NCBI GenBank assembly: GCA_965222115.1 | Contig: CBDCTJ010000007.1 | Span: 1,952,001-2,016,000, forward strand | Length of the DNA stretch: 64,000 nt | Source of the DNA: Planctomycetota bacterium | GTDB taxonomy: Bacteria > Planctomycetota > PLA2 > JAEUHO01 | Reading direction: 5' to 3' | Shown here: in pieces, positions 46,752 to 56,648 of the stretch | Position numbering within the stretch: the first letter of the stretch is position 1 | Layout of the letters: each line of letters opens with the position of its first letter | The notes under the pieces: generated by a model | Database searches by the model: none | Seen by the model: only the letters and a program-made list of their open reading frames with translations | Told to the model about the DNA's origin: nothing | Translations under genes and position numbers: made by a program

Positions 46752-48347
46752 GTGACGAGTGAACCAGCCCCACCCGAGTTGCAGCCAGAATCCGTAGCTC
46801 GATCGGCCAGCGTCGTATCCGGCGCAGTCATGGGTTCCCGCGTGCTTGGCTTGGCGCGAGAAGCAATCTTCGCGGCAATCTTTGCCACCACGAAGGTGGC
46901 CGACGCCTATTTCTTTGCGTTTCGCATACCGAATTTGTTGCGTGACTTCTTTGCCGAGGGCGCGTTGGCGTCGGCGTTCGTGCCGACCTTCGCGGAAGTA
47001 CGGGAGAAGCAGGGCGAGCAACGCGCGTTCATGCTTGCGCGTCGCGTCTTGGGCACGCTTGCAACCTATGCCGCCTTGGTGGCCTTGCTCGGCATTGTGT
47101 TTGCACCCTTTGTGGTGTCGATTGTGGCGCCACAAGCACCGGCCGACATGCGGCCACACACGATTCTGCTCACGCGCATCATGTTCCCGTTTCTTGTTGT
47201 TGTGGCACTTGCAGCCGTTGCCATGGGCATTCTCAATACGTATCGGCGCTACTTTGTTCCCGCCATTGCGCCCGCAGCGTTCAATGTCGTTCTCGTTGTG
47301 GGAGGTATCGCGTTGCTGGTGTTCGGGGGCGATGCCAAGACTTCACTCACGTGGTGGGCGGGCCTCGTTGTCGTAGGTGGGTTGGCCCAACTGCTCGTAC
47401 AAATTCCGTCGTTACGGCGCATAGGATTTCGTGGGTGGCCATCCGTCGATCTGAAATTCAGCGACCCGTACGTGCGCCAAGTGGTGCGGCGCATGGGACC
47501 CATTGTGCTTTCGGTTGCCGCAACCAATATCATGCTGGTCATTACGACGGCACTTGCTTCACGTGAAGAGGGATGGGCGTCTTCCCTAAGCTACGCGTTT
47601 CGATTGGTCCATTTGCCAATCGGCATCATTGGCGTGGCACTGGGCACGGTGCTGTTGGCCGCCGGTTCGCGTAAGTCGGCGACCGATGATCACGCGGGGC
47701 TCGATGAACTCATCCGTCGCGGCGTTCGACTGAACTGGTTCTTGGCGCTTCCCGCCGCCGTGGGCCTGTTCACATTGTCCGAGCCCATCGTGCGGCTTAT
47801 CTACGAACGCGGAACCTTCGATCAATCGAGCACCCTGCAAGTTGCGCGTGTTCTGCGTTGGTACGCCGGCGGCATTGTGTGTTACGCCGGCATCAAAGCG
47901 GCGGCGCCACACTTTCTTTCGCGCGGCGACACGAAGACACCCATGCTGTGTTCGCTTGTGGGCATCGCGGTCAATCTCGTGGTCGCACTCACGTTGATCG
48001 GATCTTTGGGCGTGGCCGCACTTGCACTCGCTGTTGCCGCGGGTGCCTCCGCCAATTATGTCTTGTTGCGCGCGCTGGGTTCACGCCGCTATGGCTCGGC
48101 CTCATCACCGGGTTGGACGTTTCTAGCCAAGTGCGGGCTTGCGGCCGGACTTATGGGTGTGGGCGGCTGGGCGATTGCGACGTATGTGCTTGATGCGGAG
48201 CGGGTCGAGTCCGGGCTCGTCCTGGGGCTGCTCACACTCGCATTCGCGGCGCTGCTTGCGCTCATCTATTTCGTGATCGGTGCGCTCTTGGGGATCCCGG
48301 AGGCTCGTGCGTTGGGCTCGCGGTGGCGACGTCGGCAGCCGATCTAG
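46752..48347 (+). CDS. murJ: Lipid II flippase MurJ (MviN)
   Basis: SRVLGLARE, AFRIPNLLRDFFAEGAL, YERGTF, DTKTPM. Confidence 0.96.
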   Translation: MTSEPAPPELQPESVARSASVVSGAVMGSRVLGLAREAIFAAIFATTKVADAYFFAFRIPNLLRDFFAEGALASAFVPTFAEVREKQGEQRAFMLARRVLGTLATYAALVALLGIVFAPFVVSIVAPQAPADMRPHTILLTRIMFPFLVVVALAAVAMGILNTYRRYFVPAIAPAAFNVVLVVGGIALLVFGGDAKTSLTWWAGLVVVGGLAQLLVQIPSLRRIGFRGWPSVDLKFSDPYVRQVVRRMGPIVLSVAATNIMLVITTALASREEGWASSLSYAFRLVHLPIGIIGVALGTVLLAAGSRKSATDDHAGLDELIRRGVRLNWFLALPAAVGLFTLSEPIVRLIYERGTFDQSSTLQVARVLRWYAGGIVCYAGIKAAAPHFLSRGDTKTPMLCSLVGIAVNLVVALTLIGSLGVAALALAVAAGASANYVLLRALGSRRYGSASSPGWTFLAKCGLAAGLMGVGGWAIATYVLDAERVESGLVLGLLTLAFAALLALIYFVIGALLGIPEARALGSRWRRRQPI

Positions 48348-48430
48348 TGTTGTTAGGGCGGGCCGAAACCGTCCAACGCCGCATGCTCGGTGGACCTGGC
48401 CGCAGACGGCTGTGTACGCCTCGGACCCCT

Positions 48431-51217
48431 ATGCCCGAAACGAACCACCAGCCCTGGCCATCCGTGTGCACTGCGCTGTTTGTGCTTTGTATTGTTATGC
48501 TCATCGCGCTGCCAGCATCTGCCGACGAACGAAAGCGACCCCCTCGTATCCCCAACGAACAACTTCCTCCGCCCGTCATTCGAAAGGTACGTGGACCGCG
48601 CAAGATGTCGAATGCGAAGTCGTCGTCGGAACCAAAGCGTGATCGATCTGCAAGCAACGATGAAGACCTTGACGCACCCAAGCGGCCCGATGACGGGAGG
48701 GACGAAGACAGCTCTCTCGATGCACCCAAGCGTCCCGGGAATGACGATGGCAAAGCAACGCCGGGCGAAGTACGCCTCAAGTTTGAACGGCCCCAAGGCG
48801 TCTTGCGTTACATCCCTGCCGACAAGGACGTGGAAGGTAGCAGCGCGCGCATTGTCATGATCGGCAATCCACGCATTGAACGCGACGAACATGTGGCCAC
48901 TACTGGCAAAGAGAAAGGCAAGACGGTACCCGCATTGTCGGTCAAGGGTCGCGTCTTCGTCGTTTGGGTGGATCCGAAGGGAGTACCCGAGCTGGAAGTA
49001 TTCGGCGGGGCGCTGACCGATGAGGACGAGGAAGAGAGCGAGAAAGGCGGAGATACGTCAAAGGAAGACGAGTCGAACGTTTCCCCATCGGACGACAAGC
49101 CTAGCAACACAAGTGATCGCGCAACCAATGAAGCGTCGGTTGTTCCCGAGTTTGTTTTGGGCATCTATGCGGAGGGCTCGGTCGAGGTGGCCTTTGGCGA
49201 TCAACGGTTTCGATGTGATCGCCTGTATCTAGATCCCAAGACGTATCGCGGGATGTTGGTGGCGCCTCGCTTTGACGGCCGCATACTCGATAAGGAAATC
49301 AAGAAGGGGCTGCCGTTGCATCTCAGCGCCAAGCGTTCGCTCTTGGTGGCGCGCGGTCGCATGCTATTTGAAGATGCAGAACTATCGACAAGTCGTGCCA
49401 ATGATCGTATCGCCCTGCGTATACGCGAGCTCACTGTAGAAGAGTTCTCCAAAGCCCTGGACAACGACGAGAAACCCACGCCACACTTTTTGGGATTCCA
49501 ATCGGCATCCACACAGCGCTATCGGGGCAAGCAGATAGTTCTGCGCGGTGAAGGTATCGACCTCATCACGGTCCCCGAGTTTGAGATCGGTGCATCGGAC
49601 GCAAGTGAAGGGTTGCCCACACTGTATCGCCGCGTGCGAGCCGGCAATCGTGGGCGATTGGGTCGCTGGGGGTTTGTTGATCTGGGAACTCCGATTGGCC
49701 CAAAGGATGATCCCTTCGGCGATTTGGAAGGCACAATTGGCGGCTACACGCGTCGTGGTTTTGGCCTTGGCTCGACGTTTCGATGGAAGCGTCTCCCATT
49801 TGCGCCCTCGCTCAAGAGCGGTGGGCGCGTGGAGGCCTTCGGTGTCTATGACATCGAGGATTTCGATCAACTCGGCACGCGTTCGCCCGATTTTCGTGGC
49901 CGCGTGACGAGCGAAAGTCGCACGTACTTGCATGACGATCTCGCCTTAGATCTTGAGGTACACCATTTCAGCGACCGCGGGTTTCAGCGCGAATTCTTTG
50001 AGCGCGATGCCCTCGAACACAAGGATCGCGAATCCTATGCGCGTCTTCAGTGGCGCCCGTCCGGGGATCCCACGACCGTTGCAAGTTTCATTTACAAGTG
50101 GCACCAACGACCCTTCGCTACGGAGACAACGATTCAGCCCGGCATTGACGTGTATACGTCGTCGTTGCCGTTGTTGGTGCCAAGTCGACGCGGTGGTTTG
50201 GGGATCGACGTTACATCCGATACGCACGCGGGCCGTCTCGAACGCCGGTTTGACGAGGATGTTCCGTTGCGCGACCACGGCGCGTGGCGCGTGAGCAATG
50301 ACACGAAGATTCATGCCGGCTTGAGCGTGGGCGACTTGCGGCTCTCTGGCTACATCGGTGGAAGTGCCGATTGGTACCGTGATCGAAATGATGGCGGCCG
50401 CGATCTTACGCGCGGCGCGTTTCTAGCCGGTACGCGTGCGAATCTACAATTCCATCGAGTGTGGTCGGATGCAAAGGGCACCTGGCTCGAGTTGGACGGC
50501 TTGCGACATATTGTGGATCTTGGCGTTGGGTTTCATGGACGCTTTGCCGACAGTCACGACCCCACCGATGTGCCCTTCTTTGATCGCCGTGAATTGAGTG
50601 AAGGGCGTAGGGCCATTGAACTTCGAGCCCGTAATCGGTTTCAAACCCGTCGTGGCGGCGGCACGCCAGAAGGGGGCCCGAATCTTCGATCACTCTTGGA
50701 TCTTGAGGTGGGCTACAAGTACTGGATCGATGGTGTGGGTCCCTTCGGTAGACGATCACCCGGCGCATTTGATCTCTCGTTTTCGGGCGAGCCGCGCGAT
50801 GGCTACCGCATATTTGGGGAGGCCGAGTTTGATTTGAGCCGCGGACTGGAGCATGCAGCAATTGCAACGCAGTCGCATTGGTTGTGGCGAGGCAAGCGCA
50901 TGGATGCACAACTGGGCTCGCGCTACGTACGGGACTTCAGCCTTTCGCTAGACGCTCGTTTGGAGTATCGCTTCAGCCCTCGGTATTCGTGGCGCTTTGA
51001 CGAGAGCTACGACTTCATCGAGGAGCGCAATACGATCCGTGGCATGCTCCGTCGCTATAGCGATGATCATCATTTCGATATCGGGCTGCAGGTTGGGCAG
51101 GGCGGCGTAGTGTCGCTTCAAGCGTCCTTCGAGCCCACGCTGGATGGGCGCGATCCGGTCTCGCCTCTCTTCGAGGACGAGCCAGCGCTCAGTCTTGACG
51201 GTATTCTCCCTGAATGA
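48431..51217 (+). CDS. lptD: LPS-assembly outer-membrane protein LptD-like
   Basis: Signal-like segment; IYAEGSV..CDRLY N-domain; YTRRGFGLG, SDRGF.REFF, LRHIVD, RNRFQTRR beta-barrel motifs. Start uncertain. Confidence 0.75.
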   Translation: MPETNHQPWPSVCTALFVLCIVMLIALPASADERKRPPRIPNEQLPPPVIRKVRGPRKMSNAKSSSEPKRDRSASNDEDLDAPKRPDDGRDEDSSLDAPKRPGNDDGKATPGEVRLKFERPQGVLRYIPADKDVEGSSARIVMIGNPRIERDEHVATTGKEKGKTVPALSVKGRVFVVWVDPKGVPELEVFGGALTDEDEEESEKGGDTSKEDESNVSPSDDKPSNTSDRATNEASVVPEFVLGIYAEGSVEVAFGDQRFRCDRLYLDPKTYRGMLVAPRFDGRILDKEIKKGLPLHLSAKRSLLVARGRMLFEDAELSTSRANDRIALRIRELTVEEFSKALDNDEKPTPHFLGFQSASTQRYRGKQIVLRGEGIDLITVPEFEIGASDASEGLPTLYRRVRAGNRGRLGRWGFVDLGTPIGPKDDPFGDLEGTIGGYTRRGFGLGSTFRWKRLPFAPSLKSGGRVEAFGVYDIEDFDQLGTRSPDFRGRVTSESRTYLHDDLALDLEVHHFSDRGFQREFFERDALEHKDRESYARLQWRPSGDPTTVASFIYKWHQRPFATETTIQPGIDVYTSSLPLLVPSRRGGLGIDVTSDTHAGRLERRFDEDVPLRDHGAWRVSNDTKIHAGLSVGDLRLSGYIGGSADWYRDRNDGGRDLTRGAFLAGTRANLQFHRVWSDAKGTWLELDGLRHIVDLGVGFHGRFADSHDPTDVPFFDRRELSEGRRAIELRARNRFQTRRGGGTPEGGPNLRSLLDLEVGYKYWIDGVGPFGRRSPGAFDLSFSGEPRDGYRIFGEAEFDLSRGLEHAAIATQSHWLWRGKRMDAQLGSRYVRDFSLSLDARLEYRFSPRYSWRFDESYDFIEERNTIRGMLRRYSDDHHFDIGLQVGQGGVVSLQASFEPTLDGRDPVSPLFEDEPALSLDGILPE

Positions 51218-51711
51218 GCCAACCCAATGTCGTCGCGGTCCTGCCCGGGACATTTGATCCCGTCACCCTCGGCCACCTCGACATCATTGAGCGAGCGGCG
51301 GGTCTTTGCGACAGCCTCATCGTGGCGGTGGCATCCGAGGGACGCAAATTTCTCTTTTCCGTGGAAGAACGAATCGCACTCATCGAACGAGCCATCCAGG
51401 GGACGGCATTCGAAACGAGGACAGCGGTCAAGTCCTTCAGTGGATTGCTCGTAGACGCGGTACGCGGATGGAATGGAACGCTGCTCGTTCGCGGCGTACG
51501 GGGTCCAAGCGACGTTGACTATGAAATGACCATGGCCCACGCCAATCGCGATTTGGCGCCGGAGCTTGAGACAGTGTTCTTGCCATCCACGTCCACACTG
51601 CATGCTGTGAGCGCATCGTTGGTGCGCGAGGTGTCGTCGCTGGGCGGCGATGTCTCATCGTGGGTACCACGTCATGTTGTGAAGGAACTCAAGAAGCGCA
51701 ACAGGAACTGA
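51214..51711 (+). CDS. coaD: Phosphopantetheine adenylyltransferase
   Basis: PGTFDPVTLGHLDIIER, RGVR..DYE..MA..N, VSASLVREV. Confidence 0.97.
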   Translation: MSQPNVVAVLPGTFDPVTLGHLDIIERAAGLCDSLIVAVASEGRKFLFSVEERIALIERAIQGTAFETRTAVKSFSGLLVDAVRGWNGTLLVRGVRGPSDVDYEMTMAHANRDLAPELETVFLPSTSTLHAVSASLVREVSSLGGDVSSWVPRHVVKELKKRNRN

Positions 51712-51760
51712 CCGCGCTGCCTGTACATCGAATCGGCCCAACGCATTTGTAGGAGTCACC

Positions 51761-52324
51761 ATGCCAACGCTTATCGAACTTTGGATCCCCATACTCGTGT
51801 CGGCCGCTGCCGTCTTTGTGCTGAGTTCCATACTTCACATGTGTGTGCCCATTCACAAGCACGACCAAAAGAAGCTTCCCAACGAAGATGAGGTGCTGGA
51901 CGCCATGCGGAAGCAGGGGGTTGTTGAGGGATCCTATCGCTTTCCCATGATGTTCAACATGAAGGATATGCACAGTCCTGAGATGATGGCCAAGCTCGAT
52001 GCGGGGCCATCGGGCTACATGGTCGTGTTTCCCAAGGGACCGTGGAAGATGGGCAAGAGCCTGCTTCATTGGTTCCTGTATTCGATTCTCATCGGTGTTG
52101 TTGTTGCCTATCTTTGCACCATAGGGCTTCCGAAAGGATCTGCAGACGTATTTCGATTTACCGCAACGGCCGCGTTCTTGGCGTACGGCATTGCCGCCAT
52201 GCATGACTCCATTTGGAAGGGCATCGCATGGGGCGTTACCGCGAAGTTCATCTTTGATGGCTTGCTCTATGCCCTGGCGACTGGGGCCGTGTTTGCGTGG
52301 CTCTATCCACAAGTTGCTGCGTAG
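51761..52324 (+). CDS. Uncharacterised integral membrane protein
   Basis: AGGAG RBS; four hydrophobic helices. Confidence 0.75.
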   Translation: MPTLIELWIPILVSAAAVFVLSSILHMCVPIHKHDQKKLPNEDEVLDAMRKQGVVEGSYRFPMMFNMKDMHSPEMMAKLDAGPSGYMVVFPKGPWKMGKSLLHWFLYSILIGVVVAYLCTIGLPKGSADVFRFTATAAFLAYGIAAMHDSIWKGIAWGVTAKFIFDGLLYALATGAVFAWLYPQVAA

Positions 52325-52414
52325 CCACATCACGATCATGACGCGAGAGTGACTTTGCACACGTTGTGCAAGGACAGTGACAGGGCGGTGATTCCTAGCC
52401 TCTACGTTTGACGC

Positions 52415-53062
52415 ATGAGCCGAACCGCTGTCTTCGCTGTTACTCTCTCGCTACTAGCTGGTGGCCTTGCCGCTTGCCAAAGCACTCGTCGATGCTGCTC
52501 GCCGACGCTCTGCGAACCCATCGGAATACCGGTACCTCCAGAGGAACTGAACCGAAAAGCCCAAGCCACCGCGCCTGCCACCTTCGTCGGTCCACGCGCG
52601 AATCAACTTCCAGCCATCGAGTTGTCAGAAGGCCTTCCACCAACGGGCCATCTATTAGCGAATCCTGCAAATCCAAACGCAACAACAATGCCAGTTCTGC
52701 CTCCACCGTCGGTCAGTTCAATCTCATCAAATTCAGGAGAGGCGCTCGCTTCGAATGCTTTCGAGCCCGAGGCGGTTTCGGCTGCCGATACAGTTTCTGC
52801 TGCCGATACCGTTTCTCCTGCCGATACAGGCGACAATGTACGCATGACGTTTGAATACTATGATGTGCGCGACCTAGCGAGCGCCGGAGAAAACCTCGAT
52901 CAGTTTCTCCAAGAGGTTGAGCGTGACGTACGCGCGTCATCGAGTCACCCGAATACCGTTGTGGATCGTAGAAAGAGCATTTTGATTATTCGTGCGTCTA
53001 AGCCCGGTCACGACGCCGTCGCGTCGATACTCAAACGCAAGCGTGAAGCAATCGGTCGGTAG
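52415..53062 (+). CDS. Hypothetical lipoprotein with C-terminal secretin-N/NolW-like module
   Basis: Lipobox GLAAC; YYDVRDL..ILIIRA..HDAVASIL. Confidence 0.6.
   Translation: MSRTAVFAVTLSLLAGGLAACQSTRRCCSPTLCEPIGIPVPPEELNRKAQATAPATFVGPRANQLPAIELSEGLPPTGHLLANPANPNATTMPVLPPPSVSSISSNSGEALASNAFEPEAVSAADTVSAADTVSPADTGDNVRMTFEYYDVRDLASAGENLDQFLQEVERDVRASSSHPNTVVDRRKSILIIRASKPGHDAVASILKRKREAIGR
52775..52828 (+). repeat. 18-nt tandem repeat x3 (VSAADT)
   Basis: GTTTCGGCTGCCGATACA GTTTCTGCTGCCGATACC GTTTCTCCTGCCGATACA. Confidence 0.9.
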
Positions 53063-53083
53063 GTCTTCCGATCGCCTCAATGC

Positions 53084-54835
53084 CTAGTCGGTGGCTTTGA
53101 TCAAACGGGTGGTCTTGGCATCGGCCGTCGTTAGTAGCATCGATTCGGCGGCGTCTCTTTTCAATTCAAACGACAACGTAGGGGCGGGTTCGGCGCGTGG
53201 ATTCCAGTTATACGAAGTCCATGAATCGTCCGCGTTGAGTACGAAACGCTTGGACAAGCCCTGGGGCGCGTCTTTCCTTGTCTCGTCGAACTTGAGGTAA
53301 CTCAACTTGCCATCCGTGAGCCCCATCGAAGCGATGCGTACACCTGACTTGAATGCAATTCTTAATTTCACCATCACGCGCTTCGGCCCTTGCACGTGCG
53401 ACGAGAGGGCAGCACAAGAAGCGAACGCTCCACACGCCTTCGTTTGCTTGGCCCAAATCGAATCCGTGAGCGTTCGTGCCCATGAAGTGGGTACCGATGG
53501 ATCGATCATGGCGCCCAACGCCTCATAATCACCTTTCGCTACTGTATCGATGATGCGGCGTGCCTTTGCGGCCGCCGCTTGACTCTTGGGGTCGCCCGCC
53601 TTCTTTGGCTCTATCAACGCTGCGGCGCCCATGCCCTCGCAGAAGAGCATAAGCCCGCCTTCTTGTGCCTCTACGCGAATGGCGTCTTGACTCCCTTCCA
53701 ACGTATACCGGCCATTGATCTTCTTGATGACTGAGTTCTTCGGCATTCGTATGGGCGGTGGCGCGGGCTCATGCACCGGCTGGTCTTCCATCATCGCGCG
53801 TATGTCACCCGACACGCGCCAGGATGGTGCCTCATTGACATTGGAGAGCACTACTACGCAGGCCTCGCGTGACGGCCACAAATCGAGTTGGCAGTGAAAG
53901 CCCTTCACGTCACCGCCATGCGTCACGCGCAAGTCGCCGCGCTTGGTCTTCGCGATGCGCCAGCCCAGTCCATAGCCCTGTTTCACGGGCGTAAACATCT
54001 GCTTCTGCAACGCACTTCCCATGAGCTTGCCGCTGGCCATGGCGTTTGAGAACGCCAAGAGATCCTTGGCCGACGTGACGAGCCCGCCCATGCCTTTGTA
54101 GTTCCACCCGTAGTAGCCATAGGCATGCTCCGCCGCCGTACGAACGACACTCGCACCGTCGTAAGCCGTGGATTGGCGTTTTGCCGAGAGCCTCTCGCCG
54201 GTGAACCCGCTGGACTTCATGCCGGCGGGTTTGAGTACATGCTTGTGCATATACGCTTCGTAACTACCACCCGATACGCGCTCGATGATTCCTGCCAACA
54301 GGGCGTACCCGCCATTCCAGTAGCCGAATGTGGACCCAGGAGATGCCGCCAAGGGTGGTGCCAAGTATGCCTGAACCGCGGCCTCAAGGTCTGTTCCTCG
54401 TCCGCTTGTTGATCGGGGCGAAACGCCTGAGGTATGACTCAGGAGTTGGGCAACGGTGATGGCTTGTTTATCGGGCGGTACGCCGGGTAGGTGATTACCG
54501 ATACGGTCGTCCAAGGAGAGTTTCTTCTGTTCGACCAGCTTAAGAATGCCGCAGGCGGTAAATGACTTGGTGATGGACGCGATTTCAAACAGCGTCGTGC
54601 TGTCGTTCTCGCGCTTCTTGGCACGATCCGCGAATCCGTAGCCGCGCTCAAATACGACGGCGCCCTTATCAGCAATGAGCACGCTGCCCGACCATCCCGA
54701 GTGCGCGCAACGTTTCAAGTGGGCGTCCAACGCTTTGGTATAGTTCGCGGATTTGGCGAAGACGAGCGATGCACCCGAATGAGCAACGAATAGGGTCAGC
54801 CCGACAAGCGCCACGCGCGTGAGATTCCGTATCAT
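53084..54835 (-). CDS. Exported serine hydrolase, beta-lactamase/class C family
   Basis: SITK, LLSHTSG, YWNGGY, HGG; signal peptide; GGAGG RBS. Confidence 0.92.
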   Translation of the reverse strand: MIRNLTRVALVGLTLFVAHSGASLVFAKSANYTKALDAHLKRCAHSGWSGSVLIADKGAVVFERGYGFADRAKKRENDSTTLFEIASITKSFTACGILKLVEQKKLSLDDRIGNHLPGVPPDKQAITVAQLLSHTSGVSPRSTSGRGTDLEAAVQAYLAPPLAASPGSTFGYWNGGYALLAGIIERVSGGSYEAYMHKHVLKPAGMKSSGFTGERLSAKRQSTAYDGASVVRTAAEHAYGYYGWNYKGMGGLVTSAKDLLAFSNAMASGKLMGSALQKQMFTPVKQGYGLGWRIAKTKRGDLRVTHGGDVKGFHCQLDLWPSREACVVVLSNVNEAPSWRVSGDIRAMMEDQPVHEPAPPPIRMPKNSVIKKINGRYTLEGSQDAIRVEAQEGGLMLFCEGMGAAALIEPKKAGDPKSQAAAAKARRIIDTVAKGDYEALGAMIDPSVPTSWARTLTDSIWAKQTKACGAFASCAALSSHVQGPKRVMVKLRIAFKSGVRIASMGLTDGKLSYLKFDETRKDAPQGLSKRFVLNADDSWTSYNWNPRAEPAPTLSFELKRDAAESMLLTTADAKTTRLIKATD

Positions 54836-54918
54836 GACACGACCTCCATCATCCAAATCGTTGCACGGGGACCAGGGGAACGAATCCTGGAAACTCGCGT
54901 ACGTAAGGGAACTGTGCC

Positions 54919-55701
54919 TTGGACGACACCGCCGCCGCCACTGCTTCCAAAGTCGCCAAGATTGTTCATCACGCCGACGCCATTCTGGCCGTGACGGGCG
55001 CAGGCATTTCTGTGGATTCGGGACTACCGACGTATCGTGGAACCGGAGGTATGTATACGGATCGTGATACCGACGACGGCATGCCTATTGAAGAAGCACT
55101 CAGTGGGCAGGTGCTCAAGCGTCGTCCCGATATTTCGTGGAAACATCTTTGGGTTCTGGGTGAGGCCCTGCAGGGCACGTCACCCAATCGCGGTCACGAG
55201 GTGTTGGTTGAGATGGAGCGCGCGATGCCTGCGAGTTGGGTACTCACGCAAAACGTGGACGGCTTTCATGCCGAAGCGGGTTCAAGGAATCTTATCGAGA
55301 TCCACGGTCGACGGGATCGACTCTCTTGCATGAGTTGTGACCGGCCACACCGTTTGAGCGAGCTCGTCGCCTCGGGTCGCGCGGCGCCGCCGCATCCGCC
55401 CACGTGCTTGGCCTGTGACGGGATCCTTCGCCCGGGCGTCGTGCTATTCGGTGAGATGTTGCCCGACGATGAGTACAACAAGTTGATTCAACTTGCCACG
55501 ATCCCGTTTGGCATGGTCATGAGCATTGGCACCTCAAGCCAGTTTCCCTACATTCAAGCACCCATGGTGTGGGCGCGCGATCTCGGCATTCCCACTGTCG
55601 AGATCAACATGGACGACACCCCCGTCACTGAGATCGCCACCTACCGTATGCGTTGCGGCGCTACCGAGGCGCTTGACGCGATCTGGGAGATGGCACAGTA
55701 G
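54919..55701 (+). CDS. cobB: NAD-dependent protein deacylase (sirtuin)
   Basis: TGAGISVDSGLPTYRG, TQNVDGFH, EIHG, two CxxC, RPGVVLFGE, GTS. Confidence 0.93.
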   Translation: MDDTAAATASKVAKIVHHADAILAVTGAGISVDSGLPTYRGTGGMYTDRDTDDGMPIEEALSGQVLKRRPDISWKHLWVLGEALQGTSPNRGHEVLVEMERAMPASWVLTQNVDGFHAEAGSRNLIEIHGRRDRLSCMSCDRPHRLSELVASGRAAPPHPPTCLACDGILRPGVVLFGEMLPDDEYNKLIQLATIPFGMVMSIGTSSQFPYIQAPMVWARDLGIPTVEINMDDTPVTEIATYRMRCGATEALDAIWEMAQ

Positions 55702-55767
55702 TCAATATCTCACGTCACGAGGTTCAGTTCTTTTCCGCATGCCAACTTGTGCGTACCGTGCGCGTTC

Positions 55768-56562
55768 ATGTCATGGCGCACATTCCCCACCCGCTTTTCG
55801 AACGCAACGCGCGGACTGCTTTATCGCGCCTATGAGCGCCGTCTGGTTCGGGAAGTTCGACGCTCTCCGGTTCCCGGCCACGTTGGATTCATCATGGACG
55901 GCAATCGCCGCCACGCGCGCGCCCTCAAGCGTCTTCCGTGGGAGGGGCATAAACTCGGATCCCAAACCGTCGAGGCACTCGTTGATTGGGGTCGCGAGAT
56001 CGGCATTCGCACGATGACGCTCTACGCGTTTTCAACCGAGAACTTTGACAGAAGCGACGCGGAAGTCGATGCGTTGATGCGCCTCTTTGCCGAGAAGCTC
56101 ACCGACATGGCTTCGGATGATCGCATCTTGGGCAATCGCGTCCATGTGCGCGTGCTTGGACGCACCGAAATGCTCCCCGCCGATGTCATTGCTGCCAAAG
56201 AGCTCGTCGAAACCACCACGCAGGACTTTGAGAACTACCGTCTCAACTTCTGCATTGCCTACGGCGGACGGCAAGAGATCATCGACGCCTTCAAATCGCT
56301 CATCATCAAAATCGAGCGTGGGGAGTTGGACGCCGAAGACATTAACGAGCGCATCTTGGGCGAACATCTCTACACCGGAGGCGATGACCCCGACTTGATC
56401 ATTCGCACCGGCGGTGAGGCCCGACTCAGCAACTTTTTGCTCTATCAAGCTGCCTATTCCGAGCTCTTCTTTACCGACGTTCACTTTCCGTCGTTTCGCA
56501 AGGTCGACCTCCTGCGCGTTATTCGTGCCTACCAACAACGCCAACGCCGTTTCGGCCGCTAA
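55768..56562 (+). CDS. uppS: cis-prenyltransferase (polyprenyl diphosphate synthase)
   Basis: IMDGNRR, YAFSTENF.R, YGGRQEI, PDLIIRTGGEARLSNFLLYQ, RRFG. Confidence 0.93.
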   Translation: MSWRTFPTRFSNATRGLLYRAYERRLVREVRRSPVPGHVGFIMDGNRRHARALKRLPWEGHKLGSQTVEALVDWGREIGIRTMTLYAFSTENFDRSDAEVDALMRLFAEKLTDMASDDRILGNRVHVRVLGRTEMLPADVIAAKELVETTTQDFENYRLNFCIAYGGRQEIIDAFKSLIIKIERGELDAEDINERILGEHLYTGGDDPDLIIRTGGEARLSNFLLYQAAYSELFFTDVHFPSFRKVDLLRVIRAYQQRQRRFGR

Positions 56563-56648
56563 GCTGTGCCCTCTTCCTTTCCCATATCCTTCTCCTAATC
56601 TGAATCTCTTGCCTCACCCCATCCCTTCTTCCTCGTATGGAGGCGTTC

